NCBI GenBank assembly: GCA_000002445.1
Contig: CP000071.1
Location: forward strand, 1,248,001 to 1,312,000
Direction of reading: 5' to 3'
Source: Trypanosoma brucei
Taxonomy: Eukaryota
DNA length: 64,000 bases
The notes beneath the pieces were generated by a model that worked only from the letters and a program-made list of their open reading frames with translations, did no database searches and had not been told where the DNA came from. This document shows positions 39,261 to 51,100 of this stretch, piece after piece. The position numbers were made by a program, and so were the translations under genes. The stretch's first letter is position 1. Each line of letters opens with the position of its first letter.

Positions 39261-41217
39261 TGTTTCTGGTTTTACTGAGTATGAAAGATATTAAAACCGT
39301 GATATGGGTTCTGCGAGAACTCTCCTCTTCCTTCCCTTCAAATACGTCACTTTTCTTCGTTTCTTCTCCTTCGTTCAGCTACTTCGTTGTAAACCTTCTT
39401 CGTGATGTCCTTTGTTTGCGTACGATTATTACTTGCTATTTTTATTCTATTATATACTTTTTTTTTTTTGCTTCTCTTGGCGGATTTCTCTTCTTCGTCT
39501 TCCTCCCCTTGATTGCTTCAATTATCCTATCACGGCGACTAGTTGTTTCTATCTTCCCTCAGTTGTCAGTGTTTGGCCTACGTGACAAAACCGAAGAGGT
39601 CAACGTACAAATTAAAATTAAAAATAATAACGATGACAATGACAATCATTATTTTTATATGAAAGGTGCGAGATAAAGGGAAAGGGAAAACAGGAGGAAG
39701 TTGAAAAAAAGGGGGGATGATGTTTGGGATACAGTTGGAAAGTTTTTCAAAGGCTCACTTCCAGGCTTTTGCATCAATTACACTAAAACAGAAGCAGTGG
39801 TGGCATCCCGTAACGAAACAGCACGCAGTCGCACTGCGAAACTCAATTAATATGCTGTAACAGTAATGCCATCTCGCAAGTCACAGTAGCAACAGCAAAC
39901 ATCACTTCCAAAATGATATATCAATAATGGAAGAATCGGAAACGAAAAAGAAAAGAATGCGTACGGTATCAGGCAGGCTTCCGGTACCAAATGGTTTCAA
40001 CAACATCACTCAAAAAAGACAACAGTATGTTTTTTTTGTGTGTGTGGAGGGAGGAGGAGGAGGTGATCGTGTTGGTAAGTGAAAAGATAAAAGTAGCCCT
40101 CCTCTCTCTCCTCCTCCTCTATTTGTATCCTTCGGGGACCTAAACGCGTCGGCGAATAAAGGGGAAGGAGGAAAGAGAAGACAAAAAGAAAACAAAAAAA
40201 ACTTATCAGAAGTAATCCCGGGCTATCGCCCCCCCCCCTCTCTCTTGTCTATTCATTTCTTTTTCTTTTTCCTTTTCCTTTTTCTTTCATGTTCATAGGC
40301 GCTCGTATAATTGGTTAACTGATGAAATTTAGCGTCGTTTCGATATTCTCCACTTTTTTGTTGGTGCTGTTTTTGTTTTCATCTCCCAACACACTTGTCA
40401 GATGAGGCCCATCGCCTCATCCCCTCCGTATTCCCTCATATAATAATGTTACGATGACGAACTTTCGGAATATATTCACCTCCTCGATTTTTTTTCTCTT
40501 AAAAAAAGGATATAAAGCAAATGGAAAAGAAAATCAAAAACAAGAACGAAGACGTAAATGGAAAATATCCACACGAGTGTCATGAACCGGCTATGCATCC
40601 CCCTTTTCCTACTTCCTTTTATATTTTAGTGTTACTTTAAACACCAAATTACTGCAGTGACAGCCAATCACAGAGACTCATTTCGAAACAGCACGGGGGG
40701 GGGGTACACCAAAAGAATGGATAAAAAAGTAATATATAAAGAAAAAAGACAGTGATTTCTTAAAGAAGTTTAACTTTTAAAAAATGTACGGAAAAGAAGA
40801 GCAAGAAACGGTCCCACTACCAGCAACACAAACAAATCAACGAAACAAACAAACAAACAGCGCTGTGCGGTAAATTTTAGTAAAATATAAAAGACCATCC
40901 ACATTCTCTTCCATACACATGAATAGGGGACTAACAATTACGGGAAAATACAGAAGAAAATGAGTAGAACCCTTCCAGCGGGAAACCGACCACAACCGAT
41001 GTGCCTCCGTATAGAAATACCTACGTATATTCATACTCGGTGGGAATACAGAACAAGAAAAAGAAAAAAAAGCACCATCGCGGTCCACGACACCGCCATA
41101 TTACCCACCTAGCAACAAAAGACAAACACAAAAAAGAAAAACAAAAGAAAAGAGAAAAATATGGTAAAAGTGGGTGTAAATTTTTTTTAAAAATGAGTAA
41201 AAACAGGTGGGATTCGC

Positions 41218-41820
41218 TCATTTAACGCAAGGCACTCCACAAACATCAACATTATACATTTTCTTCTTAGTTTTTTCCACCAGAACCTTCTGCACATCAA
41301 ACAATGCGAGCATTTGAAACAATGCCGTAACACAGGCAGCAAATACCACCATGGAATGCAACGAACAGCTATGCACGGCTCTTCCCGACTTTCCAATCAC
41401 TGCTGTTTCATTATCAATAGTCCCCGATTCATTCAGCATGGAGGTTAGCTCCGCTGGGTTATTCAACGCATCAAAAAACTCCGAGTGGTTGAGAATTCCC
41501 AAGTCGCGGCAGTCCAAAACGACAAGTAACGTCAGACCGGTGGAATGAGTGAGGAAGCCAAATGTTATTAACAACACGAAGGTAATGATGTACAGCAAAT
41601 ACCGCTGCTTCAGGCTAATGCAATGCAGCGCGGCGTAGCAAAAGAGAGAAAGACTACAGAAAGCAACGCTGAGCATATGAAATACGGTGAAACGGTCCCG
41701 CTTCACTTCACGAAACACAACCACTGAAAGGCACACGGCGTAAATGGTTGTACTCAAAGCCAATAAAACGGCAGTGATCACGCTCATGAACCTACGGAAG
41801 CAATTACCGACGGAAGCCAT
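41218..41820 (-). CDS. Small 4-TM membrane protein (tetraspanin-like topology), hypothetical
   Basis: The 200-aa ORF has four hydrophobic helices: VITAVLLALSTTIYAVCLSVVVF, MLSVAFCSLSLFCYAALHCI, LLYIITFVLLITFGFLTHSTGLTLLVVL and MVVFAACVTALFQMLALF. A Cys-containing loop lies between TM3 and TM4. Confidence 0.5.
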   Translation of the reverse strand: MASVGNCFRRFMSVITAVLLALSTTIYAVCLSVVVFREVKRDRFTVFHMLSVAFCSLSLFCYAALHCISLKQRYLLYIITFVLLITFGFLTHSTGLTLLVVLDCRDLGILNHSEFFDALNNPAELTSMLNESGTIDNETAVIGKSGRAVHSCSLHSMVVFAACVTALFQMLALFDVQKVLVEKTKKKMYNVDVCGVPCVK

Positions 41821-43049
41821 GATGCTAAATTACTATAGAAACAGATATATGTATATTATAAATACTTGTGTATTTGCCTGGGATACCTCCTTTTTTAAAA
41901 GAGGGGCCTTCTTTTTTGCACTCACGCCTTTTTTTGCCCTCTAAATATTCGTATTTCTCGTTATTGATTTTTTTCTCTAACTCCTTTGAAAAAAAAAAGA
42001 TGATTGCTGGGCCTCTTTACTTTATTAGTGTTGTTACAAATGTAAACACTGTCGAAGGTGCCGCCGTCACGACGAAGTGCGAAGGAGGTCAAAAAAGCAA
42101 GTCGAATATATGGAAAGGAAGCAAGCACAAGAAGAAGGGGAAAGAGATGACAAAAGTCGGAATAGCATTAGCTTCTCTGTCATTTTTTTTTTGTTGCACC
42201 TATCAGACACACATGAATGCATGCACAGAATTCGCACAAACATATAATTAGTCGCAACAAGCCAAGTGAAACTGTAAAAGGTGAGATTTTTTTTTCTGCG
42301 ATGATTCATCGGCAGTTTCTTCAACAAAATAAGGAAGTGAAAGTTCCACAGTAAAGGCATTTATTCCTCCTACCGTTAAAATACAGTGGTTGCAAGAACG
42401 AACAGTTCCCAGTGCCGTTTTCCCGTAGGCAACAATGCATAAAAATACAAAGGAAATGACAAGCAACAAACCTTGAAGGCAAAAATTTCTGGAACAATGC
42501 CTTTAACCAACAAAAATAAGGCGGTAACACCAATGAAAATAATAACAATAACATTCTCGTAGAAGCAGGCTAGAATAATACTGCTAATAACCGTAATAGC
42601 GATATTAATTTATTGAAAAATGCAAATAAGGCAATGGATACAATACAATTGTCATTCGGTTGTGTCCTGGTCAAACGTTTGGGTATCCTCTGGGTATCTG
42701 AGAACACCATTAGCCAAATAAACAATAACAAACAAAAAAGCAGATGCTCGTGGCTGTGCACATATACATGTATGGGTGTCCTCGCCTCTTCTTTTCCCCA
42801 ATAACTAAAAGAGAGGTCATGCGGAGCCCAATCAAAATAACTGTATTCCCACAGACGAAACCCATTTGATGTAAACAAAATACTGTCGATCATTACCCTC
42901 TAAGCAGTATAAAATTGCAACGTGCAGATGCGGACCATCATCGATGAATTGCTTTCCCGTGTACGCATACACAGTATGTACCATCGAGTTTACCTGCTCG
43001 GGGACATACTGGCGCAACGAACAGAAAATGTAACTTATCAAAATAGCTC

Positions 43050-46000
43050 TCATGCACTGCAATTGGGTAACACACCTACCACCACATGTCTCTCCCCAAC
43101 TTGAAGTACACCTCGTAAAAACAGTGCGGCAGCAGCAGCAGCGCTAATACCGAGAAAAATGAGGAGCCACCGCACCATCTGAGCAGCTTGCGCATTTATG
43201 TAGCAATCGACCGCACGCTGTTTCCGAAGCATGTGAACTCTCTGGTTCTGATAAAAGTCAATCAACCGCTGGCGGGCGGCAACCGCCTGTGCGCGCTCCA
43301 AGAATGCTTCGCAATGCCGCCCTTCCAGAGAAGCCCACGGGTTGCGTCGCGAAATTAGTTGATAGGGACAACTTCCTCTTTCGTAGACCGCCACTGAACT
43401 TAGGCGGCGGCGCGTGTTGCTTTTTTGAACATCTACACATGGTGACGCCCCCCAACGACATGCGCCACCTACTGTAGAAAACAGAACAGTCATGGCACGC
43501 TGACATAACTGGTGCTCTTCTGCCAACGGCGAGCTGGAGGCCGAAATAGACAATGTAGGCTCCAGCGTTTGCGGAGTTGTTACTCCGCCGTGCTCAGAGG
43601 TTTCCTCACGCCACGTAGAAGAGGTTACTGGCGTTTGTCGGATGCTAAACAAGGTCTTGGCTGGTGAACAACTTCTCAACCTTCCAGAGAACAATGCCGA
43701 CCGTACATGAGCCCAACGTTCCCTGCTCCGGCTTGTGGAAGTCACTACCGGCCTTGCCGATGGGGCAGAAGGAGACGGACTCCCGCATGTAGAGTACGAA
43801 TTCGCAGGCGGTACTGAGTGGTCAACTGCCGGCGGTGACGGTGATGCCGCCCGTGAGTTGAACCCATCTCCTACTCTGTTGTGCCGTAAATGGAGATGGT
43901 TGGAGCCTACCCGCCGCAGCCTATCTGATGTTGCCGCCCCTAGCGGTCCCGCATTTGCAGAGAGTTCAGTCTTAAGGAGTGAAAAGTACAACGCTGGTAC
44001 AAAGATTTGATAGCTACGTGGCTCCTGGTTGTGATGCAAGAACCAGTGCGAACCGGAGTGCTTTGGTTTGGGTCGTAGACCACACGTTAAAAAATCCCAA
44101 AGGAAGCCACAAACTTGGTTTCCCCGCTGCCGCCTTTTCGTCCGCTTTCTGTGCTTTAAACGACACTGGCGTCGGCTAGCCAATAAGCCACCAACGAGAA
44201 TGGCACCGCACGGCACAAGGAGGAAACAGGACGCGACAAACGACCATAAAGATCTCGAAACGACTGCCGGTTTGAACGAGGACACCAAACCCATAGCTGC
44301 CAGTACAACTAGCATGAGCTGCAACGCCAGGCTCAACGCGAATTCTACGGGTCCGGAGTACGGCCTACATACAACCAGGATAACAAGCATCCCGAGGTGA
44401 AGGATAACGGAGGCAATGAAGCCGGTCCAAGGACTCGCCAAACCGTCATCTTCCTGCATAACAGCAGAAAATATAACCACAGCAGTTTTTTGGGCCAGCA
44501 CAACAAGCTTGAAGTAACGCCAGGAGAAGGTGTACGGCGCATACAAAAAGTGCACCTCATTCTGTGAACTGTGAACTCTTCCATAATAATTTTTATGTCT
44601 CATGCGCTCACGACCACTTTGACTTACTCCTTCACGCGGCACTGTTCCCCGCGCTGGTTCCCACTTTCTGCCAAAGAAATTTCCTGAATGGTGAAATGCC
44701 TCTGCTGTATTTCCACCAATTGCAGGCACCACTTCCGCTGACCGCGCAGAACAGCTCCCTGAATCCTCAAGTGGATAGTGCTCCAAGGCCAGCAGCGCCT
44801 GTCGTGTGACGAGCCCGTAGAGTAAAATAAAGAATGTGGCATACGTAGTTGACGTGAGTAAGGCAGACGCGTAGAGAAAGAAGTTTACGCTGTCACAAGA
44901 GACATTCGATCCGACCATCAGCTTTCGTGCCTCGGTAGTGCTCCACTTTGAGGTATCAACCTCCAAAACGGAAGTAGACTTATTATCTGCTCCACAGGCG
45001 ACAGGAGCATTGTTGTCAACCACATCACGACAGGGGATGAGACCGATGGCACTCCGAATGAGCGGGGCGTACAGGAAGGAAACGAGAAGTAGCAAAGTAT
45101 AAAGAAACAAATGCCGAAACCACAGCTTTGCATCAAATAGCCACCGGCGACCGCCCTCTGAGAGACCAACTGAGAGCGACAACGCGAGAAAGAACGTCGT
45201 CAGAAGGAGCATGCTAACTGGGAAGTATATTAGCGGGCTGCAAAAAAGCGACTCAGTCGATTCCCACAGGCTCTTCCTTAGGAGAAAAGCAGCGGCAGTT
45301 CCACTTCCCAACAGTACCAGCAACTTCAACAGTGCCCACCATAATGAAAAGGCATGCGTTTCTCCATGCCGCCGCTGCATCATTTCCTGGTACGCCAATT
45401 CTGCTTTCGCACAACGCAGACGGGTCTCTTCCCTCTCTCGCTCTTCAACCGGTCTTTCCATGCCGCCTTCGCCATCCCTCCACACACACCCGTTGTGACT
45501 CGCAGCAATGTTCATCAGCGACTCAGCTACACGCTCCTCCACGGAATGTGGAGCCTGTTCCAAATGCCGGAGCTGCTCCAATAGTTGTGCCTGCCTTCGC
45601 TTCCCCCAGATGAGACGCAGTGTGAGACCAACAGCAGCTAACAAGCCCACAGAAACGGCACTGGCTGCAGCTATTGCCACCTTTGTGTCCGAGGGGATAG
45701 CACGCACCAGTTTCAACAGTGCGCTCCCGCTCTCGAGCACTTCCAATGAATGTTGTGCGTGAAGAAGCAACGTACATCCGGCCAAGAAAAAAACCGCGGT
45801 ACAGAGCGCATACGCAAACGCAATGAATTGGGGTGGACCTAGCACCGGCGCAAAAAGCACGACGAGGGAAAGCGGTGCCACAATGTTTGTGAGGGCAAAA
45901 ACCCTACGCAAATCTGGGGGCATCCACTTGGGCAAGTTCAGAGTGGAACCTTCAAACATGCGAGTCGTGTTATTATGTTTTGAAGTGCCATTGACTGTCA

Positions 46001-46181
46001 CGGCTACACCGCCACCATGGGAAATGGCATTCATCGCCCTGCCCACAAATCGAAGAAAGGAACTGTACGCTGGCGGAAAGACACTTGGAGCTATCAACAC
46101 TGTGAGATTGATGTATTGAACGTAGTTTGCCAACAACTCCACAACATCATATAGCATCGTGTCGAGACCTCCACCAATCAA
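43050..46181 (-). CDS. Polytopic membrane protein (1043 aa), paralog of the 48185-52291 gene
   Basis: At least 10 predicted TM helices. The N-terminus MIGGGLDTMLYDVVELLANYVQYINLTV...TLNLPKWMPPDLR parallels MTFVDLFDMTVAYVQYLYIMV...FTLPNWIPHDSRL in the neighbouring gene. The shared core includes VVCRPYSGPVEFALSLALQLMLVVLAAMGLVSS (vs MMVRPYARPVENWYSISHQLVLTFIGSLGVVGS) and EHYPLEDSG (vs DEYPLEKRI). The long cytosolic S/P-rich region ends in a terminal TM helix VRWLLIFLGISAAAAAALFL. Confidence 0.7.
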   Translation of the reverse strand: MIGGGLDTMLYDVVELLANYVQYINLTVLIAPSVFPPAYSSFLRFVGRAMNAISHGGGVAVTVNGTSKHNNTTRMFEGSTLNLPKWMPPDLRRVFALTNIVAPLSLVVLFAPVLGPPQFIAFAYALCTAVFFLAGCTLLLHAQHSLEVLESGSALLKLVRAIPSDTKVAIAAASAVSVGLLAAVGLTLRLIWGKRRQAQLLEQLRHLEQAPHSVEERVAESLMNIAASHNGCVWRDGEGGMERPVEEREREETRLRCAKAELAYQEMMQRRHGETHAFSLWWALLKLLVLLGSGTAAAFLLRKSLWESTESLFCSPLIYFPVSMLLLTTFFLALSLSVGLSEGGRRWLFDAKLWFRHLFLYTLLLLVSFLYAPLIRSAIGLIPCRDVVDNNAPVACGADNKSTSVLEVDTSKWSTTEARKLMVGSNVSCDSVNFFLYASALLTSTTYATFFILLYGLVTRQALLALEHYPLEDSGSCSARSAEVVPAIGGNTAEAFHHSGNFFGRKWEPARGTVPREGVSQSGRERMRHKNYYGRVHSSQNEVHFLYAPYTFSWRYFKLVVLAQKTAVVIFSAVMQEDDGLASPWTGFIASVILHLGMLVILVVCRPYSGPVEFALSLALQLMLVVLAAMGLVSSFKPAVVSRSLWSFVASCFLLVPCGAILVGGLLASRRQCRLKHRKRTKRRQRGNQVCGFLWDFLTCGLRPKPKHSGSHWFLHHNQEPRSYQIFVPALYFSLLKTELSANAGPLGAATSDRLRRVGSNHLHLRHNRVGDGFNSRAASPSPPAVDHSVPPANSYSTCGSPSPSAPSARPVVTSTSRSRERWAHVRSALFSGRLRSCSPAKTLFSIRQTPVTSSTWREETSEHGGVTTPQTLEPTLSISASSSPLAEEHQLCQRAMTVLFSTVGGACRWGASPCVDVQKSNTRRRLSSVAVYERGSCPYQLISRRNPWASLEGRHCEAFLERAQAVAARQRLIDFYQNQRVHMLRKQRAVDCYINAQAAQMVRWLLIFLGISAAAAAALFLRGVLQVGERHVVVGVLPNCSA

Positions 46182-47874
46182 AACATACAGATGGGAGGAG
46201 CTTTTCCCCTCCCTTTGTTCTTTCGGTTGTCTTTAAAAAAAAAAATAGTGAAACACAGTATTATGTAAAACAAAAGGGATGAGACAAAAGGGACGGTATG
46301 GCGGAAATAAAATACAAGTGTACAGCCTCACACATCTTCTCCGCAATCGATGTGAAGTGGAAAAGGTAAGACAGCAAACACACACAATAGGGGAAACATT
46401 CTTCACGGTACACGTAATCATATGTTCACGGATGGAGAGGAGACAGAGTTGCAATAATTTAATATAAGTTGTTAATTATGTATAATTGTATGTCTATGTG
46501 TGCTTATTTAAGAGTTTTACTACCATAATTTTGGCCCTCATCTCCATATAAATCTTGTGGTACATTTGCAAGCACCAGTACCTATTTCCTTTCTCATTTT
46601 TATTCCTTTCGCTTTAGCATTAGTTAGGTTACGATTATTATTATTATTACACTTTTTTTTTCGCACACTTCCCCGTTTTTCTTCGTCTATCCATCCCCGA
46701 GTTGCACAAGCAGCACGAGTAACATGAGCACCGGTATTGTTAGAAGCGGCAAACAAAAAAAAAGGAATTTGAAAAAAAAAATCAAAAACAAACACACAAA
46801 GTCATACAAGTCAAAGAAAAAAAACATTTACATACTGGCAGCGGGGCTAGTAGCGAGTATGGTTTAGCTATTTTCTTTCAACATTTGTTTTGCAGCTTTA
46901 CATAACCCCGTAGCATTTCGAGCGCCGTGTTGTGGGAGAAAATAAATCCAGGGGAGGAAGTCAACCACGTCTGAAAAAAAGGCGTGTGTGAAACCTCACG
47001 AGGCGACTCCACCAATTCCAAATATAAACACAAACACAAATACAGACACGGATACCACCAGTAACAAACAATGTTTCCCCCCCCTTTCTCCTCCAAAATA
47101 AAGACATATATTAAACCTCTCGCATTTTCGCATTTCAGGGCGCGCTCCCCTTTCCACTACAAGAGCATGCAATAGTAGGTGAAAAAGAAAAAAAAAAGAA
47201 AAAGTGGAAACCAAAAGACAAAACCTTTTCCGCACGCACACTCATGCGCGCTCACGTTCACATTCATACCAAATATTGTATACGAGTGACTTCGAAGGAG
47301 AGGTGCCCAGAGAGGGAGAAAGATGCACACAACCATCAGCATCACGCCTCACACTGGTGTGGAAACAATATTGATATCAGTAATGCTAGGGGAAAAAAAA
47401 AACACAAGTAATATTTTAAAAGGCCAAACCAAAAAATGTTTGATTCTCCCCTCCTCGATCCACCGAAAAGCAAGAATACATTTTCAGCCTCACTACGAAG
47501 ATATATACAATCATATATGCACTACAACGCGAGTGGTTGTACAATGAAAAGGACAAAGGCAAGAGATGGGGGGCAATGCAAAAAAAAAAAAAGGGGGCGT
47601 GTATGTTTATGAATATAGTTGGAAGAGCGAGATGTTATTCATATTGGAGTTGAGACTCCGGAAGAAGGTGAATACACATCAAGAGGCACTTGCAGGCAAA
47701 AATCGTGCACAGGCCCTTCCAGATGTAATTTCCCCCTTTCTCTGCTCCACATTCACTCAAAAATACAAACGCACAGGCAGAGCATCAGAAAGGAATAGTG
47801 CAACACATAAAAACTCGTAAGGACTTCATCACAAAAGGGGGAAAGTGAAGAAAAGATAGCAAATGCAACAAAAA

Positions 47875-47895
47875 ATATATATATATATATATATA
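47875..47895. repeat. (AT)10 microsatellite
   Basis: An alternating AT run in the intergenic spacer between the two membrane-protein paralogs. Confidence 0.85.
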
Positions 47896-48184
47896 CATTG
47901 CTCCTTAACTTCCTGCTTGCAGTTTACACAGCAACGCAAACAACCGACCCCCTTCGCTCTGTCCCGCAGACAGAAAATTTCATTATTTATCTGTTGCAGC
48001 TTTAAATGTATTACCAATAAATATTAACATGCACATATACGCAGTCACATACGATTATTTCTGTCCTTCAAATTGTTGGTTATTGTTCATGGGCATTCTT
48101 TTCTCTTCCCTTATTTCATTTTCTACGCACCCGTTAAAATGGCACTCAAACCGAAATGAAGTTGCTTGCATGCGCTTTCTGTTA

Positions 48185-51100
48185 CTACCACCGCAAGATT
48201 TCTTGTTCCGTAACTGGCGTAGTACAGTTCTCAATTTCAACTCTTCCCTTTGGATGCAACTTCAATTTGCATCCGTTTTTGAAATCCATGCCACATAACT
48301 CACGTATTTTGAAACCATCGACAGCTTCGCCTTTAAGGACATCACGCCGCACTCGCTCCTTCACTAGTCTGTTTCTACACACCCACCGCTCTAAAGCCAT
48401 CACGTTGTTTGGCGGTAAGGCAGCGGGTGATGACAAACTGCTGCAGCAACAATTACGAGTGAACTCCTCCCATGATTTGTAACCAAATAGTTGATTGTGC
48501 ACACTGTAAGCACTCTGGGCGTTTGTTAAACTAATATTGTCTCCCTTGTACATCATTCCTCCAATGCACATGGCTAGGGACAGCGTTGAAAAGAGGCAAA
48601 GCGCCACAAAGAAAATTTGCATGTAGCGTCTGATACTCATAGCGATGCGGTGGTCCACAGCCATCTGGAGAGATTCCAACTTCCCTGCCTCAGAATTATA
48701 TTCGTCAACCAACTGTTGTCGAAGCAGGTAATGTCGTCGCAATTTCGGCATATTTTCTGCATTCATATTAGCCGCTCCCCTCACCAGCGCGCGGGCAGAC
48801 GAGACATCCATCCACGATTTTCTTTTCGCAGATGGAGAACCTGCCATTTTCAAGGCAGCGTCCAACGTTACCGATTGTCGTCTCCCTGTTGTTGTGTCCT
48901 TGGGCGACCCCTCAGCTTCGGCTGACTCGCGAGATCCGGTTTCCCTATACTTCTCCAGCGGGTCGGGTATGTCTTCCAGTAGCCTTTGAACAAAAGCCTC
49001 CCAGTTCCCTTCACTTTCTCCCTCAAGGGCGACATGAGGTGCGAACTCGGGGCAGATTGACGGGCGCCGCTCGGTGACAGTAGTGTCTTTAAGATCACGA
49101 GGCAGAAGACGATCTAAATCGGCAGCCTTCAGTTCAGCGAGTGCTGCGCATAGCTGTTCCTTCGAGAGCATGGCGGATATGCGGTCTGAGACATCACTGG
49201 TTATTGTCTGACCGTATGGGTTAACGTTACCTTCCTTAGCGACTGGTAAGTTGCTTGCCACGACAGCCAGTGCGCTGCTCGGGCTATTTGACCCCTTTGT
49301 CTTACCACTACCTTCCTTTGCTGTTTTTGCGGCGGTTACCGCTCTGCTCGATGGGCCAACAAGGGGATTCCAACATTTCTTCTTGTGTTCCACGAGTTTA
49401 GCGAAAAATTGACTTGGTTCATATGGGCTCGACGGACCCTCATCACCTCCAGCGCTTTGGCGTATCGCCGGTACATCACACCCCTCGGCCTTAGCCGCCA
49501 AGAACTGAGACTCGGAAGGAGTGATCCAAAATGGCCTCTCCGCGATGCCAGCCGTCATTTTGAGGGTTCTTCGACTTTGCAGCACCTCCCCATAACGTAG
49601 AGTGTTGCTGTGTACATGAAACGCCTTTCCACACTGCCGCATCCAACGAAGCATTACAGAGAAACAAGAGGGCTTTCCTTTTGTGGCGTCATCTTCCTTC
49701 TTAGCAGAATCGTACTCTTCGCCATGCTGCGTTTCATGGCGCCAACCATCCAACGCGTTAGAGGGAACTGCCACCCCTGGTGGATAGCCGTCGTCAGGCA
49801 AGTAGTCGTCCCCTTCCCTTATTAACGATGACAGTACCGCCTTCAGTTCACCCCTTTTAACTGCTGTCTGTTCGTAGAGCTCATCATCCATCCCACCCCC
49901 CTCACCTTCACCTTCACCTTCGCCACAATCATGGGACAGTGGAACTTCTTTGTATCCACGGAAGTATTCCTGGGGTTCGAAGGATCGTTTGTCACCAAAA
50001 TAATCGTCTTTCATGACCTTTTCCTTCTTGTCAGTCTCTTCGGGTGCATTATGTTCATCCGCAAATACTACAGCTGTTCCTATATCGGCACCATCCGAAG
50101 GCCCTGAAGCCGGTGCCCCCTCTCGATCCGCACGATTCCCACTTCTTTGTCTCGTGTTATCCCCTTTCACCCCACCTCCTGCCGCGGGCAAACTTGCTAA
50201 AACTTGAGGATTCTGTGCAGGTAGACCCGTCTCCCTTCCGTTCGAAGAATCGTTCACTTCGGCGCCTGGTTGCGGGTTATTGGCCATATCCCCCGGTGAT
50301 TGCGCAGAACCAACTGTAGTACCATCTCCACGTGGGGGTAAATCAGGGTCAGTACACGCAGTTGCTTGCCCCTTGCAGTTAGGGTTGTCAAGGCTTTCAC
50401 CCACCACCACGTTATCAGGCGATTGGTTTTCAGCAGTGTCTGCCACAGTTTCGAAATCGCGCTTAAGACGACTCTGTAGTCGCTCCACGCGTTGACGGTC
50501 GTTACGAAAGGTAAGTACAGACCCCACGATAAGGGCAAACATGGGAGCAACAATCATGAGGGCAACCGCAGTTATGGTGACGGCATTTGGAACAAGCTCT
50601 CTGGTCGACATACTCCCCACAACACCGAGAGATCCAATAAACGTAAGAACCAATTGATGCGAAATACTGTACCAGTTTTCCACAGGACGTGCATAAGGCC
50701 TGACCATCATGAGGTACGTCAGGTACACCAAGCAGATGCATGTGATGAGACTAATACCCAACCATGCAACCACTGACCCTGGACCCCGTCGCATCAGTAC
50801 ACCAATAAGGACCAGCAAGATCCTTTGCAAAAGAAACAAAATACGTGACCGACGAAACTGATACTTAAACGCCACGTACAGCGAAGACGAGACGTTTCTG
50901 GACATCAAAGTTTTTTCATAATAAAGCTCCTTTTTATTGAACTCATCACAGATACGCTTTTCAAGTGGGTACTCGTCCACCAGGATGCTCGTAGCTCGAT
51001 CGATTGATAGTATGAGGAAAGCAGGATATGCGACAAAGTAAGCAATGAATACCAACGACATGGACATCTTGTAGAAGTTGTCTATCTCACGGCAGGATAC

